Positions 63,451-64,000 of a DNA stretch of 64,000 nt are shown piece after piece. The number at the start of each line of letters is the position of its first letter. Position 1 is the first letter of the stretch. The position numbers and the translations under genes are program-made. This DNA is from Felis catus (lineage: Eukaryota), in the NCBI RefSeq assembly GCF_018350175.1, contig NC_058368.1:176144001-176208000 (forward strand). The letters are read 5' to 3'. Under the pieces are notes generated by a model, which was not told the DNA's origin, ran no database searches, and saw only the letters and a list, made by a program, of their open reading frames with translations.

Positions 63451-64000
63451 AAGGAAGAAGAGAAGGAGTATCAAGGGCGTTTTAACACTGACCTCTCCAC
63501 ATCTTCTATCTAAAAGCCATTCTAATCACTACATATTTTTTGCATAAAGGTGGGGGCGGGGGGAGAAGACTGGAAGGAAAGTATCACTTGGGATTCTCTA
63601 GAGGGTATAATTAACAATTTTTTATATTTCTTTAAACTTTCTTGTATTTTTCATATGTTCTACGGTGAATATGAATTGTGGAATAAATGCAAAAATGATA
63701 AATGTTATTAATACTTTTAATGTATGGGATTCAAGGCAGTTCTCTTGGAGCACCTCCTGTTGGTCCAAGGGTTCTAAAATCACAACTGATCAAGCCACCT
63801 CCCAGCTTACACCTCTTCTGTGGCTCCTGGCAGTTCCCTTTTGTGTACAGTTGGATTTATTAAATCTACCTCGCTGGAGTAGTTTTGATGGAAATAATTA
63901 AGAGCAGACTCTCAGAAAATGGTGGCTCTTCGTTTTATTTTTATTATTAAATTGTCCAAGTTTCTTAGCTGGTCTTCAAGGCCATCAGCCACCGCATCTC

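Overview
This is mammalian genomic DNA from a carnivore, almost certainly a felid, judged by the CanSINE/SINEC_Fc-type and carnivore L1 repeats. The left end holds the last coding exon (exon 2) and 3' UTR of the cardiac homeobox gene NKX2-5 on the + strand. The right end holds the complete six-exon BNIP1 (SEC20) gene on the - strand: 687 nt, 228 aa, all GT-AG introns, with a CpG-island promoter. The two genes converge across about 49 kb of repeat-rich DNA: about 23 CanSINEs plus L1, L2, MIR, MaLR/ERV LTRs and hAT MERs. I see no novel multi-gene system, and nearly all ORF-track entries are spurious or repeat-derived. The best retrotransposition signals are an L1 with a short 3' transduction, a twin-primed 5'-inverted L1, a 5' U6 snRNA fragment with target-site duplication (TSD), and an unidentified decayed coding fragment. 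Several motif clusters are candidate NKX2-5 downstream enhancers or CTCF anchors. Repeat subfamily names and boundaries come from recognition by eye and are approximate.
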